In this document: piece by piece, positions 42,865 to 52,862 of the stretch
Position numbering within the stretch: position 1 is the first letter of the stretch
Layout: every line of letters starts with the position of its first letter
IMG/VR virus record: IMGVR_UViG_3300023179_000093
Span: 8,082-72,081 of that record
Length of the DNA: 64,000 nucleotides
Origin: a virus
Reading direction: 5' to 3' (one strand)
Translations under genes and position numbers: made by a program
Notes under the pieces: generated by a model
Seen by the model: the letters and a program-made list of their open reading frames with translations, nothing else
What the model was told of the DNA's origin: nothing
The model's database searches: none

Positions 42865-45471
42865 ATGGCTAGCCAAGAAGAGCTCCGTTTAACAGAAGGG
42901 CAGTCCAATTGGAGCGTGGGGATGGACTCTTCAGTTGTTCCCAATCTTGTTCCCGACAATGGCTGCGCAATGGCTATTAATACAACTTTTCGTGGTGGTA
43001 GGCCAAGAACTAGGCCTGGTAATACTCAAGTGTTCCTACAGGACAACCCAGAATTACAGGGTGGACTAGCTCTTTTTAATACCGGCCAAGCTCTTGTTGG
43101 CAGTGCAACAATCTCTGTTGGTAATTATTTTCAAGGGGCAACTATGTATATCAACAAGGAAGATTCCGCAAGGAACTACCTTGTATGTGGTGTAGGCGGA
43201 TACATATGCAAAATAGATGTTGTAACTGGTTATGTAACCATTTTAAGCAGACTAAACAACTTTGGTTCCGAAGAAACAGATCCCAACGGAAATAGAATCT
43301 TGTTTAGGTGGGACGCCACAAAAAGAATATATTTTGCCCAAGCAGAAAGATATCTTATTATTCAGAACAACGTAGACAAGCCATTAATATTTGATGGAGA
43401 GTTCTTATGGCAAACTGGAGTTGGACCAACTGGAAGTATCGGCAACATATCTTCTATACCAACTGGAAACATAATGGCTTATGGGCAAGGCAGATTGTTT
43501 GTCACACTTCCAGACCGAACAAAATTTCTTGCTGGGGATTTAGTATTTGGAGGATCTGCATCTCAAGTTGAAGTTAGCACTTCGACAATAGGCAGTACCA
43601 ACGTTGGTGCAAAAACACGAATCACATGCTCGTCTACTGTAAACTTTACGAATGGAGATGTCGTAACCATATCTGGGCATAGCTCTACGCCAGACATAAA
43701 TGGCACATGGAGAGTCTCAAATGTCACAAATGTAAGTTCAATCGGTTCTTTTGACATTAACCATAATGCCTATAATCAGGCCTACGCAAACGGAACTGGT
43801 GGTTTTGCCACAAAAGCTTCTTCTGGGTCTGACACTGATCTTTTAAGATTCACGGAGACAACCTATTTAGCTGAAGGCGGTAGTTTTCAGGTGCCTTCTG
43901 AGATGGGCAAAATTCGTGGAATGATATTCCAGCCTATTGCCGACACGGCGTCTGGACAGGGGGATCTTATGGTATTTGCGGAAGCTGGCGTTGTTAGCTT
44001 TGGGGTTTCGGCACCACGAAGCATGTGGAAAAATACTCCTGGGTTCCAGCGCATTACCCTATCTAAAATTGGATCTATATGCGAAAGATTCCTGCTTCCT
44101 GTTAACAACGACATTTATTTCCGATCTGCCGATGGAATTCGTTCGTACAGAAATGCTAGGGCAGAGCAAGATGGTTTTGGCCAACTCCCATTATCTAGCC
44201 AGGTTCAAGCTTTCACAGATTTCGATACAGAGTCTTTGCTTGAAGCTGGGTCAGCCATATTCTTTGACAACCGACTCCATTTTACCGTTGGCCCAATTGT
44301 GGATTTAAAAAATATAACTCTCCCGTCAAATAACCCGTTGCCGACAAGACCCACTGCTTTTGAGGGTATCGGAACTTTTGATTTTAACAGCATGGGTGGT
44401 GCCGGAAAAGATAAGATAGCCACTTGGGATGGGCTTTGGACCGGAATTCGAGTTTACCAATTAATCTCTGGCTACATTGACGGAGTCCCAAGAGCATTTG
44501 CGTTTGTCCAAAACAAAACAACTTACGAAAACGAACTATGGGAGCTCTATCCTTGGGCTCTTTACGATTACACTTTAACAAGTTCTGGAGACAGAATCCA
44601 ATGCGCGGTTGAAACTAGGTCGTATAACTTTGGGTCGGAGTGGACTCTCAAAAAACTGACTCGTGGGGATCTCTGGGTGTCCGACTTCGATGGAATATCA
44701 CTAGTAAATGTCTACTATAAACCCGAATCTTCTTCCTGCTATCAATTTTGGCATTCATTTACAATATGCGCGGAAAACAAAACATGCGTCCCATTTGTTT
44801 TGGATCGAACGCCAGCAGGCTCATCCGAGTCAATCCCAATGTACCTAAACGCAAGGACTGTCACAAGAGCGACATCTTGGAAGCTCACCTTTACCGACCC
44901 ACCAGAATATTTCTACCTATCTTTAACAGATTCTGTTGGCAACATATCAGGGTCTACTGGTCAACCATATAATCGTAATTATCTTTTTACGGGGGATCAG
45001 ACAAATTCAATACTGAAAACTAAAGGTCCTTTTAGTTCTTATGTGACACAAAAACTTAAATGGTCAGAACTAAACCCAGCTGTCCTTAAAGCCGAACTGC
45101 TGAGGATTGGTCTTGGCAGCAATACCTCAGTTACAAAAACCACTACAGCTGGAGTAGACCAATGGACAATAACCTTTTATAACGCCAACAATGTATTGTC
45201 ATATGTTGAAGCCCCAGACATTATACCTTCGTATTTAGGTGAAACAGAGACGCCTTGCGGGTTGTTTAAACCTTTAGACAACAGAACCCAATATAGGTCT
45301 CAATTGAGGCTTCCGACTCCCCCAGACACATGCAACGCTAATGGCGGAAGCTTGACAAAAATAAGTCAGACATTTCAATTTAGAATAGAGTGGCAAGGTT
45401 GTATGGCTCTTAGTAAAGTCCTATGGCATGCTGACAAAGTAATTCAACCAACATCTGGAAGTTGTTTATGA
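42865..45471 (+). CDS. Tail hub/nozzle (DNA-stabilisation-type) protein
   Basis: 868 aa, beta-propeller-like; first gene of the tail module; carries inserted beta domains. Confidence 0.7.
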   Translation: MASQEELRLTEGQSNWSVGMDSSVVPNLVPDNGCAMAINTTFRGGRPRTRPGNTQVFLQDNPELQGGLALFNTGQALVGSATISVGNYFQGATMYINKEDSARNYLVCGVGGYICKIDVVTGYVTILSRLNNFGSEETDPNGNRILFRWDATKRIYFAQAERYLIIQNNVDKPLIFDGEFLWQTGVGPTGSIGNISSIPTGNIMAYGQGRLFVTLPDRTKFLAGDLVFGGSASQVEVSTSTIGSTNVGAKTRITCSSTVNFTNGDVVTISGHSSTPDINGTWRVSNVTNVSSIGSFDINHNAYNQAYANGTGGFATKASSGSDTDLLRFTETTYLAEGGSFQVPSEMGKIRGMIFQPIADTASGQGDLMVFAEAGVVSFGVSAPRSMWKNTPGFQRITLSKIGSICERFLLPVNNDIYFRSADGIRSYRNARAEQDGFGQLPLSSQVQAFTDFDTESLLEAGSAIFFDNRLHFTVGPIVDLKNITLPSNNPLPTRPTAFEGIGTFDFNSMGGAGKDKIATWDGLWTGIRVYQLISGYIDGVPRAFAFVQNKTTYENELWELYPWALYDYTLTSSGDRIQCAVETRSYNFGSEWTLKKLTRGDLWVSDFDGISLVNVYYKPESSSCYQFWHSFTICAENKTCVPFVLDRTPAGSSESIPMYLNARTVTRATSWKLTFTDPPEYFYLSLTDSVGNISGSTGQPYNRNYLFTGDQTNSILKTKGPFSSYVTQKLKWSELNPAVLKAELLRIGLGSNTSVTKTTTAGVDQWTITFYNANNVLSYVEAPDIIPSYLGETETPCGLFKPLDNRTQYRSQLRLPTPPDTCNANGGSLTKISQTFQFRIEWQGCMALSKVLWHADKVIQPTSGSCL

Positions 45472-45704
45472 GTGTTTGCACAACAGAAACATGCTCAAGA
45501 GTTCTTGGGATCTATGGGGATATTGTTCAAGGAAATACCGAAACATTAGACACCTTAAGTGTCGAGGATTCACTAAATAGTGGTCTACTTCCAAATGGTG
45601 CAAGAACTGGCGACCCTATTGCCGTTAGTGGTTCTTACACAATCATAGTTGATGGAAACCCAGAAGTTATCTACGAGGATGGGTATCTTCTTAAACTAAA
45701 TTAA
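45468..45704 (+). CDS. Small tail-module protein
   Basis: ATGA coupling. Confidence 0.5.
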   Translation: MSVCTTETCSRVLGIYGDIVQGNTETLDTLSVEDSLNSGLLPNGARTGDPIAVSGSYTIIVDGNPEVIYEDGYLLKLN

Positions 45705-45708
45705 AAGT

Positions 45709-46785
45709 ATGGCTGTTAAAATAGACGAGCTTTCTCTTCTTGCTAACCCACAACTTACCGGGTTAGTGCCAGTGGTTGTTGGAGGGGCAACCCGCAAAAC
45801 AACCTTACAAGATATTTTAGGAGCCGTGACTGGCGGAACAGTCACAAGCCTAAGCTTTTCTGGAAATCTAGCAGCTAACCCAAACCCAATCACTACTTCA
45901 GGAGATGTTTATTTTAATCTCCCAGGGATGATTTTACCATACGCTGGCACTTCCGCTCCATCTGGCTGGGTATTTTGCAATGGCCAAGAGTTAAATAGGG
46001 TAGGTAACGCCGCTTTATTTGGCGTAATACAAACTACTTATGGTTCTGGTAATGGGACGACAACTTTTAATGTGCCAGATCTCCGAGGAAGAATTCCTTT
46101 TGGCAAGGCGAATAGTTCAACTGAGACGAATAAGCTGTCTGGGCAAGCCATTAGCCCAAACATATACACCTTGGGTGCAACTGGAGGTTACGAAAGCCAC
46201 ACTTTAACCACAGAGCAGACATCTGTTCGTGGCCATTCGCATAACGGCGCTACAAAAAAAGCTGTTTATGGAAGATCAAACGAGGCTGCTGATTGGAATT
46301 GTCCGCCACCTATGGGCTCTTATTGCGGTAACAATATGTCTGGAAATATTGTTGAGGGTGTTTATACCGTAGGAAATTTAAACGGATATCCAACATGCCA
46401 TTTTGAGTTGACCGCAAGAACACTTGACAGCGACACAAATCCCTATGTCCAAGCTCTCCTTGAAGAATCACCTTGGAAAAGATCTCAAACTATAACTTGG
46501 ACACAGGCCTTTGGGGATTTAACCTTTCCAGTATCTCCCATTTCTCTTTCAACTCCGACCGCATCTTCCAATCTAAGTGTAGGCCTTCGTGTTAATTCTG
46601 GATCTGCCTACATCTCGTCTAATACTCTATATATTACAGGACCAGGTTGGATAGTCCTTGAGGCATTCCAAGACGGAAATTCAACCTTTCTTCCAGTAGT
46701 ACTTGCAAAAAGCTTTTATGTGACAAGTGCTCCACATAACAACATGCCACCTTGCCAAGTTGTAAACTATATTATCAAAACTTAA
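45709..46785 (+). CDS. Tail-collar-domain fibre protein 1
   Basis: 'PG.I.PYAG..APSGW..C.G.........LF..I...YG.G.G.TTFNVPDLRGR'. Confidence 0.85.
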   Translation: MAVKIDELSLLANPQLTGLVPVVVGGATRKTTLQDILGAVTGGTVTSLSFSGNLAANPNPITTSGDVYFNLPGMILPYAGTSAPSGWVFCNGQELNRVGNAALFGVIQTTYGSGNGTTTFNVPDLRGRIPFGKANSSTETNKLSGQAISPNIYTLGATGGYESHTLTTEQTSVRGHSHNGATKKAVYGRSNEAADWNCPPPMGSYCGNNMSGNIVEGVYTVGNLNGYPTCHFELTARTLDSDTNPYVQALLEESPWKRSQTITWTQAFGDLTFPVSPISLSTPTASSNLSVGLRVNSGSAYISSNTLYITGPGWIVLEAFQDGNSTFLPVVLAKSFYVTSAPHNNMPPCQVVNYIIKT

Positions 46786-46789
46786 ATAT

Positions 46790-47611
46790 ATGGCGTCTTT
46801 TAAAATATCAGCGTTAAAACCAACTACCCTGTTGGACGATACCACAACAATTCCATGTTTTTATAATGGGAAAACATATCAGTTGTCTATTGCTACCTTA
46901 ACCTCGTACTTTGGCACAGGAACCTTTAAGGCGATTTTCTCAGGCGATTCTATTGAGTGTTCTCCAAACCCAATATCAACCTCTGGCAACATTTCTTTTA
47001 GAAGCCCAGGATTAATGAGTCTTTATGCTGGGAACAGCGACCCTAGTGGTTGGCTAATATGCAACGGAAGGGAATTACCAAAGAGTAACCCAACATACTC
47101 AAACTTATATGCCGTGATTGGCGATAGGTATGGAACTCCCTCAAACTCTAGTGTCTTTAAAATTCCAAACACATCTGGGTTAAGCGTGTTTGGTCTAGAC
47201 AATATGAATGGAGTGGCTTCTGAAAGGCTAACCGCAGAAAACCTTGATGGTGGCGTTCCAACAACACTAGGAAGCATTGGTGGAAACCAACCCCAAACGC
47301 TTACCCCAGAAAACTGTCCTCTCAGCCCACATTCGCATAATAGCGGAACCATAAACTGGGTAGTTGCCTTTGGCAATGGGTGCACTGCGGGGGGGTATAG
47401 CAATTTTGGTGGAGTTCGCAGAAGTTTCAGATTTTCAAACGAAGATTATTTAGCGGATACCGCAACACCAGCAAATAATCAAAGGTATTGGAATAGGGCT
47501 GACGCAAATATAAAGACTATGAATGTCAGCTCCACGGATCAAGTGGCGACAACACTCACACATCCACATATACCGCCTTTAATCTTATTAAATTGGATTA
47601 TTAAGCTATGA
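46790..47611 (+). CDS. Tail-collar-domain fibre protein 2
   Basis: Same collar motif; 'HSH'; C-terminal 'H..PP...N.IIK'. Confidence 0.85.
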   Translation: MASFKISALKPTTLLDDTTTIPCFYNGKTYQLSIATLTSYFGTGTFKAIFSGDSIECSPNPISTSGNISFRSPGLMSLYAGNSDPSGWLICNGRELPKSNPTYSNLYAVIGDRYGTPSNSSVFKIPNTSGLSVFGLDNMNGVASERLTAENLDGGVPTTLGSIGGNQPQTLTPENCPLSPHSHNSGTINWVVAFGNGCTAGGYSNFGGVRRSFRFSNEDYLADTATPANNQRYWNRADANIKTMNVSSTDQVATTLTHPHIPPLILLNWIIKL

Positions 47612-48393
47612 GTACAACACCATCAGTACGAATCACAGCTTTACCAGACCTGCCAGATGGAGCTACGCCTTCACAAATATACATACCTGTCGTTGCAAAT
47701 GGCGTAACCCGAAAAATGGCAATTTCTGAATTATTCGCCTACAGAACATCTGGAACCGTAAAGTCGATTACTTACTCAAGCTCCGTGCGTGTTGTTGTAA
47801 ACGAATCAACTGGTAGAGCAACGGCTTCCTTTTATCTTCCTGGTGCAATAGCCGCTTTCCCGGGAACCCAGCCTCCAGAAGGGTGGTTGCTGTGCGCCGG
47901 GCAGGCAGTTTCTAGATCTATTTACGCAAGCTTATTCGCTACCATTAATATTATTTATGGTGTGGGAGACGGAAGATCTACTTTTAACCTTCCCGATCTT
48001 CGAGGAAGGACTCCTGTTGGGCATAATTCAATGGGAGCCTCAGATTCTGGTAGGCTTCTCGGGGCAAGACCAGGAGGAGTTTACGGGAATACTCTGGGGG
48101 CAGTTGGCGGTAAAGAAACCCATGTTCTTACCCAAGATGAAACACCGATATCTAAACATACCCATCTGGTAAAACATTCGTGGGATTATAGTACAGATGA
48201 TTGCGAGCATGGGGATAACTGTCATTGTGGGTATAACGAAAAGCAAGGAATGGTTGGAAACTCTCCAAATGTAAGCGCTCCCATGTCATACACTCTTTCT
48301 GGTTCAAATAGTAATAACCAAAACCTATCTTCTGCGACACCGCATAAAACCGTCCCCCCACTTGTGTTTTTAAACTATATCATAAAATACTGA
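47608..48393 (+). CDS. Tail-collar-domain fibre protein 3
   Basis: Same collar motif; 'HTH'; C-terminal 'PP...NYIIK'. Confidence 0.85.
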   Translation: MSTTPSVRITALPDLPDGATPSQIYIPVVANGVTRKMAISELFAYRTSGTVKSITYSSSVRVVVNESTGRATASFYLPGAIAAFPGTQPPEGWLLCAGQAVSRSIYASLFATINIIYGVGDGRSTFNLPDLRGRTPVGHNSMGASDSGRLLGARPGGVYGNTLGAVGGKETHVLTQDETPISKHTHLVKHSWDYSTDDCEHGDNCHCGYNEKQGMVGNSPNVSAPMSYTLSGSNSNNQNLSSATPHKTVPPLVFLNYIIKY

Positions 48394-48394
48394 T

Positions 48395-48781
48395 ATGCCC
48401 CTAATCGCCGGATCTCTCCCACCGAATACCTGCTACGGAACTCCACAACAGCTTCTTGATCTTTTTGGAGCGTACCTTTCTCTTCCTGGCCAAAACACTA
48501 TATTGGAGGGCAAAAAGGCTTCAACCTTTAACATAACGGCCGGAACAAACATTTCGATTATCCCAACTGTTGGTAAAGACACTCTTACCGTATCTGGAGC
48601 CTCTATCGGAGATCCTGTTGTAATTGGAGTTCCTAGCCCCCCCGATGGAGTTTTGTTTGATGCGTATGTAAGCGCCTCAAATATAGTCACCATCCGATGT
48701 ACCTATGTAAAAACCGGACTCTCTATGAATAGCCAAAACTATACGGTAAAAGTATTTAAGTTTGGTGGAGTATACCCTTGA
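48395..48781 (+). CDS. Small structural protein
   Basis: 'TVSGA..GD.V.......G....AYV.A.N.V.IR' beta domain. Confidence 0.6.
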   Translation: MPLIAGSLPPNTCYGTPQQLLDLFGAYLSLPGQNTILEGKKASTFNITAGTNISIIPTVGKDTLTVSGASIGDPVVIGVPSPPDGVLFDAYVSASNIVTIRCTYVKTGLSMNSQNYTVKVFKFGGVYP

Positions 48782-48782
48782 T

Positions 48783-50069
48783 ATGGCTCTTACGCTTATC
48801 GAGGCCAAAACAGCCTTAGCTAAATATGTTGATAACGGCGTCTGCGAAACTGACGACAGGGTAGTTTTAAAGATAAACGAAGCCCAAAGGCGTCTGCATA
48901 GTCATCGTGCCTGGATCGGGGTTTTGGCAAAGTTTGCAGTTCCAGTTACCAATTCTGTTTTTACGCTCCCCAATACAACCAACGATTTAACGACACCGGC
49001 TGGTTTTGGCTTGGAAAGTGCTCTCAAAGTATGCTCCAGTTCGTCTCCGTTGACCTTTATTACAAACGGAGTCGAAGCATTCCTTGGAGGGACTAACGAT
49101 ATTGTAAAAGTGTCTTTGGTCGACTCATCCCCAAACTCAAGGACATACAAAGTTGAGGAATCTGGTGTCACCAAAGTAGAAGTCACGGGTAAGCTTAACA
49201 TGATCGAAGCCGACGCAGATGAAGATCTTGTTCTAATCGACGATGTTGATGCTTTAAAGCTAATGCTTCTCGCTATCTACCGAGAAGAAAATAACCAGCT
49301 TGAGATGGCTCAAGCTCTTGAAACTAAGGCAATCGAGAGGCTTACCATCAAAACGGATCGAGCCATTGAGGCCGCCAGAAGAATTAACTACCAAACACAG
49401 GTTGCCAGCGAAGTTTCAGGAACGATGGGTCAGTATAGAGCGAGGCTCGCTTTAGATCTTGAGGACGGGATCAAATACAATGAGGCCGAGCTAACCCATT
49501 TGATTAACCGAGCGGAAGAAGCCCTTTTTAACCTTGGTAAATGGGTAGGCACCATTGCGACATTAAAGGTATCCACCGCACAAGGTGAGGTTGTTCTCCC
49601 TAGCGAGGTAAGCTCAGTCCTTGCGGTATCGACCGAGGGGAAGGCCGCACCAGTGTATTCACGCTTTTACGATTACCATGAAAATGGTCCTGGGTTACAA
49701 GACTCTGATTCTTCTGGTCTGAATGTATTTATTGATAGGGGGGAAACCTTTATTAACGGCGAATATAGAAAAGTTTACTACACAAGGACTGGGGACGAAA
49801 ATGGGTGTTACAACATTCTTTACAAAAAAAGATGGTCTCCCAAAAATAGGAATTCCGACAAACTGGATATTCGAAACTATCAAGCCATCAAGGAAATGGC
49901 TCTAAGCATTAAATCATTAACGACCAACCCCGAAGTTGCCACAATGCTTCAAGAAAGAGCCGTTGGTATCCTAAGCAAAGAAGTAAACGAAGCCAGAGGA
50001 GGTACAAAACAAAATATTAATGTCCAGTCGACTGCGTTTATGTTTTCTGAAATTCCTACCTTAGTTTAA
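48783..50069 (+). CDS. Head-tail adaptor-like protein with internal duplication
   Basis: Two copies of 'IN.A...L.....W.G........LP'. Confidence 0.6.
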   Translation: MALTLIEAKTALAKYVDNGVCETDDRVVLKINEAQRRLHSHRAWIGVLAKFAVPVTNSVFTLPNTTNDLTTPAGFGLESALKVCSSSSPLTFITNGVEAFLGGTNDIVKVSLVDSSPNSRTYKVEESGVTKVEVTGKLNMIEADADEDLVLIDDVDALKLMLLAIYREENNQLEMAQALETKAIERLTIKTDRAIEAARRINYQTQVASEVSGTMGQYRARLALDLEDGIKYNEAELTHLINRAEEALFNLGKWVGTIATLKVSTAQGEVVLPSEVSSVLAVSTEGKAAPVYSRFYDYHENGPGLQDSDSSGLNVFIDRGETFINGEYRKVYYTRTGDENGCYNILYKKRWSPKNRNSDKLDIRNYQAIKEMALSIKSLTTNPEVATMLQERAVGILSKEVNEARGGTKQNINVQSTAFMFSEIPTLV

Positions 50070-50075
50070 AAAAAA

Positions 50076-52853
50076 ATGGCTCTTGCCACAATTACAATAA
50101 CAAATACTTCCCAGGTATACACTGGGACGGCAAGGCTTCCTACAGTCACCACATCCCCGGCTAATCTTGCGTATACCCTTGCTTGGACTGGCACGGCGTC
50201 CTCGACAACTGCACCTATAAACGTAGGAAATTATAGTGTAACCGTTAATGTAAATACCACAGTTAATGGATTACTTTGGACGGGGACAAAAACTTCTACT
50301 TTTACCATTACTCAGGCTTCGGCAGTAGTTACCCTTGGTAATCTCACACAAACATATTCTGGCACTCCAAAGCCAGTCACGGTAACAACTTCCCCTGCTG
50401 GGCTTTCTTATTCAGTCACATACGATGGTGGCGCAACAGCGCCAACAAATGCTGGATCATACAATGTTGTAGCAACAATAACTGATCCAAACTATCAAGG
50501 CTCAGCTAGTGGAACTCTTACAATAACAAAAGCAAATGCCAGTGTAACATTTTCAAACTTATCTCAAGTATATACTGGAAGCTCTTTAGTTCCAACAATT
50601 GCAACATCTCCTAGCGGACTTGGCTACTTTGTTACATACAATGGAAACTCAGCAACACCAATAAATGCGGGATCTTACGCCGTCGCGGCAACTATTAACG
50701 ATGCAAATTATCAAGGCACAGGTACGTCAACATTTACCATTACTAAGGCATCAGCCACCATTACTCTTGGAGATCTTTCTCAATTATATACTGGCACACC
50801 AAAACAAGCGGCTATTACCACATCGCCAGTAGGGTTATCTACATCTGTAACATACAATGGGAGTGCAACGCCACCAACCAATGTTGGGTACTACCCAATT
50901 GTAGCTAATATTACAAATCCAAATTATCAAGGATCTGCTAGCTCAACCTTTAGAATATATTATTCTGCCGAACTTAGATTAGACAATTTAGAACAAACCT
51001 ACGACGGAACTGCAAAACAAGCCGTTATCACCATTACTCCGTCCAATGTTTCTTACCAAGTTACCTATAATGGGAGCGCAACATTACCAGTTAACGCCGG
51101 AAGTTATTCCGTAATTGCTTCCGCATCCGACCCAAATTATTTTGGATCTGTCAGTGGAACACTTGTTATTGCTAAAGCCACCGCAACTATTACATGGAAC
51201 TCCACGCTAAACCAAACATACACTGGAACTTCTAGGATTGTTACTTACCGAACTACTCCATCGGCTTCCACAGTTGGTAATGTATTTACTTCCATTACTT
51301 ATAATGGTTCCTCAACACCCCCTATTAACGCAGGTAGTTATAACATCGTCGTCACTCTTACCTCCACTAACTACCAAGGACAATTCTCTAACACCTTAAC
51401 TGTTGATAAAGCGACTCCGTCAATTGTCTTTTCCAACACAAGCTACGTATACGATGGGACTGCCAAACAAGTAACAGCAACAACAACCCCAACGAATCTG
51501 CCGATATCGATTACGTATAATGGCTTATCAGATCTTCCAATTAACGCAGGTAGTTACCTCGTCGTTGCATCTGTTAACACCTCAAACTATTACGCTGTTG
51601 CTTCGACTACATTAACAATTAGCAAGAGAACAATTAATGTTTCGCTAGTTCCAACCCCGCAGACAAATATCTATACTGGTAGCCAAATAGCTTATTCAAT
51701 AACAAATGTAGCCATATCAAATTATAGTCCTTACCCATATCCAGAAGATTACACAAACTCAAATAACTGGATAGTTTCCTATACTTCATCAAACAACACT
51801 TCAACTACCTTAGCCCCAATCGAAGTAGGCCAGTATGCAGTAAATCTACAATTTAACAAGGTAGACCAAAATATTATTTATACTGGGTCTACCACTAGCA
51901 GTTTGGGTATCCTACAAAGAGAAACATGTGTAATCACAGCAGAAGACTATACTGCAACATACACTGGGTCGCCAATTCCGTATACAAGCTATTCGGCCTT
52001 TCCAAATGTTCCTCTCCAAATTACTTATTATGGCAACAACAATGTGGCTAGCCTAACGGCTCCAACCATACCTGGTGAATATGGCATCGAGCTAAGCCCA
52101 ACAGCGGAAAGCGGGTACGTTGGCTCAGCCATCGCTCGTTTGACTATACTCAGAGCCCAGGGAACCATTACCTTTTCGCCCATACCCACAAAAACATATG
52201 GGGATGCCCCTTTTGAGCTAATAGTTTCCTCCACTTCAGGCTCGTTACCAACTATCACATCTGACAATCCTGCGGCTGTCTTAGTCGTGGGTAAACAAGC
52301 GACAATTGTAAGCATAGCCTCCGGATTTGTTAATTTAAAGGCTACTGAAAGCAACCCCTATTACGATACGGTTGAAGTTGTCAGAAGGCTTGCTCTGTCA
52401 AGGGCAACACAAACCATAACCCTAACAACTCCCAATAATGTCAATACAAGGACAATTCCTTTTCAGATAACGGCCTCCTCCTCAAGCGGTTTGCCCTTGG
52501 CGTATGCTCTATTACAAGGACAAGTTACCGTTTCGGATGGCGGGATGGTTATGGTTTTGGGAACGGGTACTGTTAAAATCAAAGTGTATCAAGTTGGAAA
52601 TGCTAACTACTTGCCAGCCGAGTCAGTCTTGCAATTTGAAGTTGTCCCTTTCGTCCAAACCTTTTCGGAAGGAGTCTCAGACTTTATAACAACGGCCAGC
52701 CAAAAAGAATCTTGTCCATCTCCAGTTGCGCAAGACTACTTGCTTTGCGAGCCAACCCCAGGAGTTTGGCCAAGCCTAAAAGATACCCGAGGAAGTCTTT
52801 GGGGTAGGGTTGAACTTTGGTGGGAGTATGTTAAAAAAACAGAGAACTGGTAA
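50076..52853 (+). CDS. MBG/Ig-like repeat virion protein
   Basis: Nine ~72-aa 'Y.G....V...P......Y.G....P.NAG.Y.V......NY.G' repeats, then two further Ig-like domains. Confidence 0.85.
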   Translation: MALATITITNTSQVYTGTARLPTVTTSPANLAYTLAWTGTASSTTAPINVGNYSVTVNVNTTVNGLLWTGTKTSTFTITQASAVVTLGNLTQTYSGTPKPVTVTTSPAGLSYSVTYDGGATAPTNAGSYNVVATITDPNYQGSASGTLTITKANASVTFSNLSQVYTGSSLVPTIATSPSGLGYFVTYNGNSATPINAGSYAVAATINDANYQGTGTSTFTITKASATITLGDLSQLYTGTPKQAAITTSPVGLSTSVTYNGSATPPTNVGYYPIVANITNPNYQGSASSTFRIYYSAELRLDNLEQTYDGTAKQAVITITPSNVSYQVTYNGSATLPVNAGSYSVIASASDPNYFGSVSGTLVIAKATATITWNSTLNQTYTGTSRIVTYRTTPSASTVGNVFTSITYNGSSTPPINAGSYNIVVTLTSTNYQGQFSNTLTVDKATPSIVFSNTSYVYDGTAKQVTATTTPTNLPISITYNGLSDLPINAGSYLVVASVNTSNYYAVASTTLTISKRTINVSLVPTPQTNIYTGSQIAYSITNVAISNYSPYPYPEDYTNSNNWIVSYTSSNNTSTTLAPIEVGQYAVNLQFNKVDQNIIYTGSTTSSLGILQRETCVITAEDYTATYTGSPIPYTSYSAFPNVPLQITYYGNNNVASLTAPTIPGEYGIELSPTAESGYVGSAIARLTILRAQGTITFSPIPTKTYGDAPFELIVSSTSGSLPTITSDNPAAVLVVGKQATIVSIASGFVNLKATESNPYYDTVEVVRRLALSRATQTITLTTPNNVNTRTIPFQITASSSSGLPLAYALLQGQVTVSDGGMVMVLGTGTVKIKVYQVGNANYLPAESVLQFEVVPFVQTFSEGVSDFITTASQKESCPSPVAQDYLLCEPTPGVWPSLKDTRGSLWGRVELWWEYVKKTENW

Positions 52854-52862
52854 ACACCAAAC

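Noticed and set aside
45709-48393. Diversity-generating retroelement or shufflon acting on the fibres
   Set aside because: No reverse transcriptase, no near-identical TR/VR pair and no inverted crossover repeats seen.
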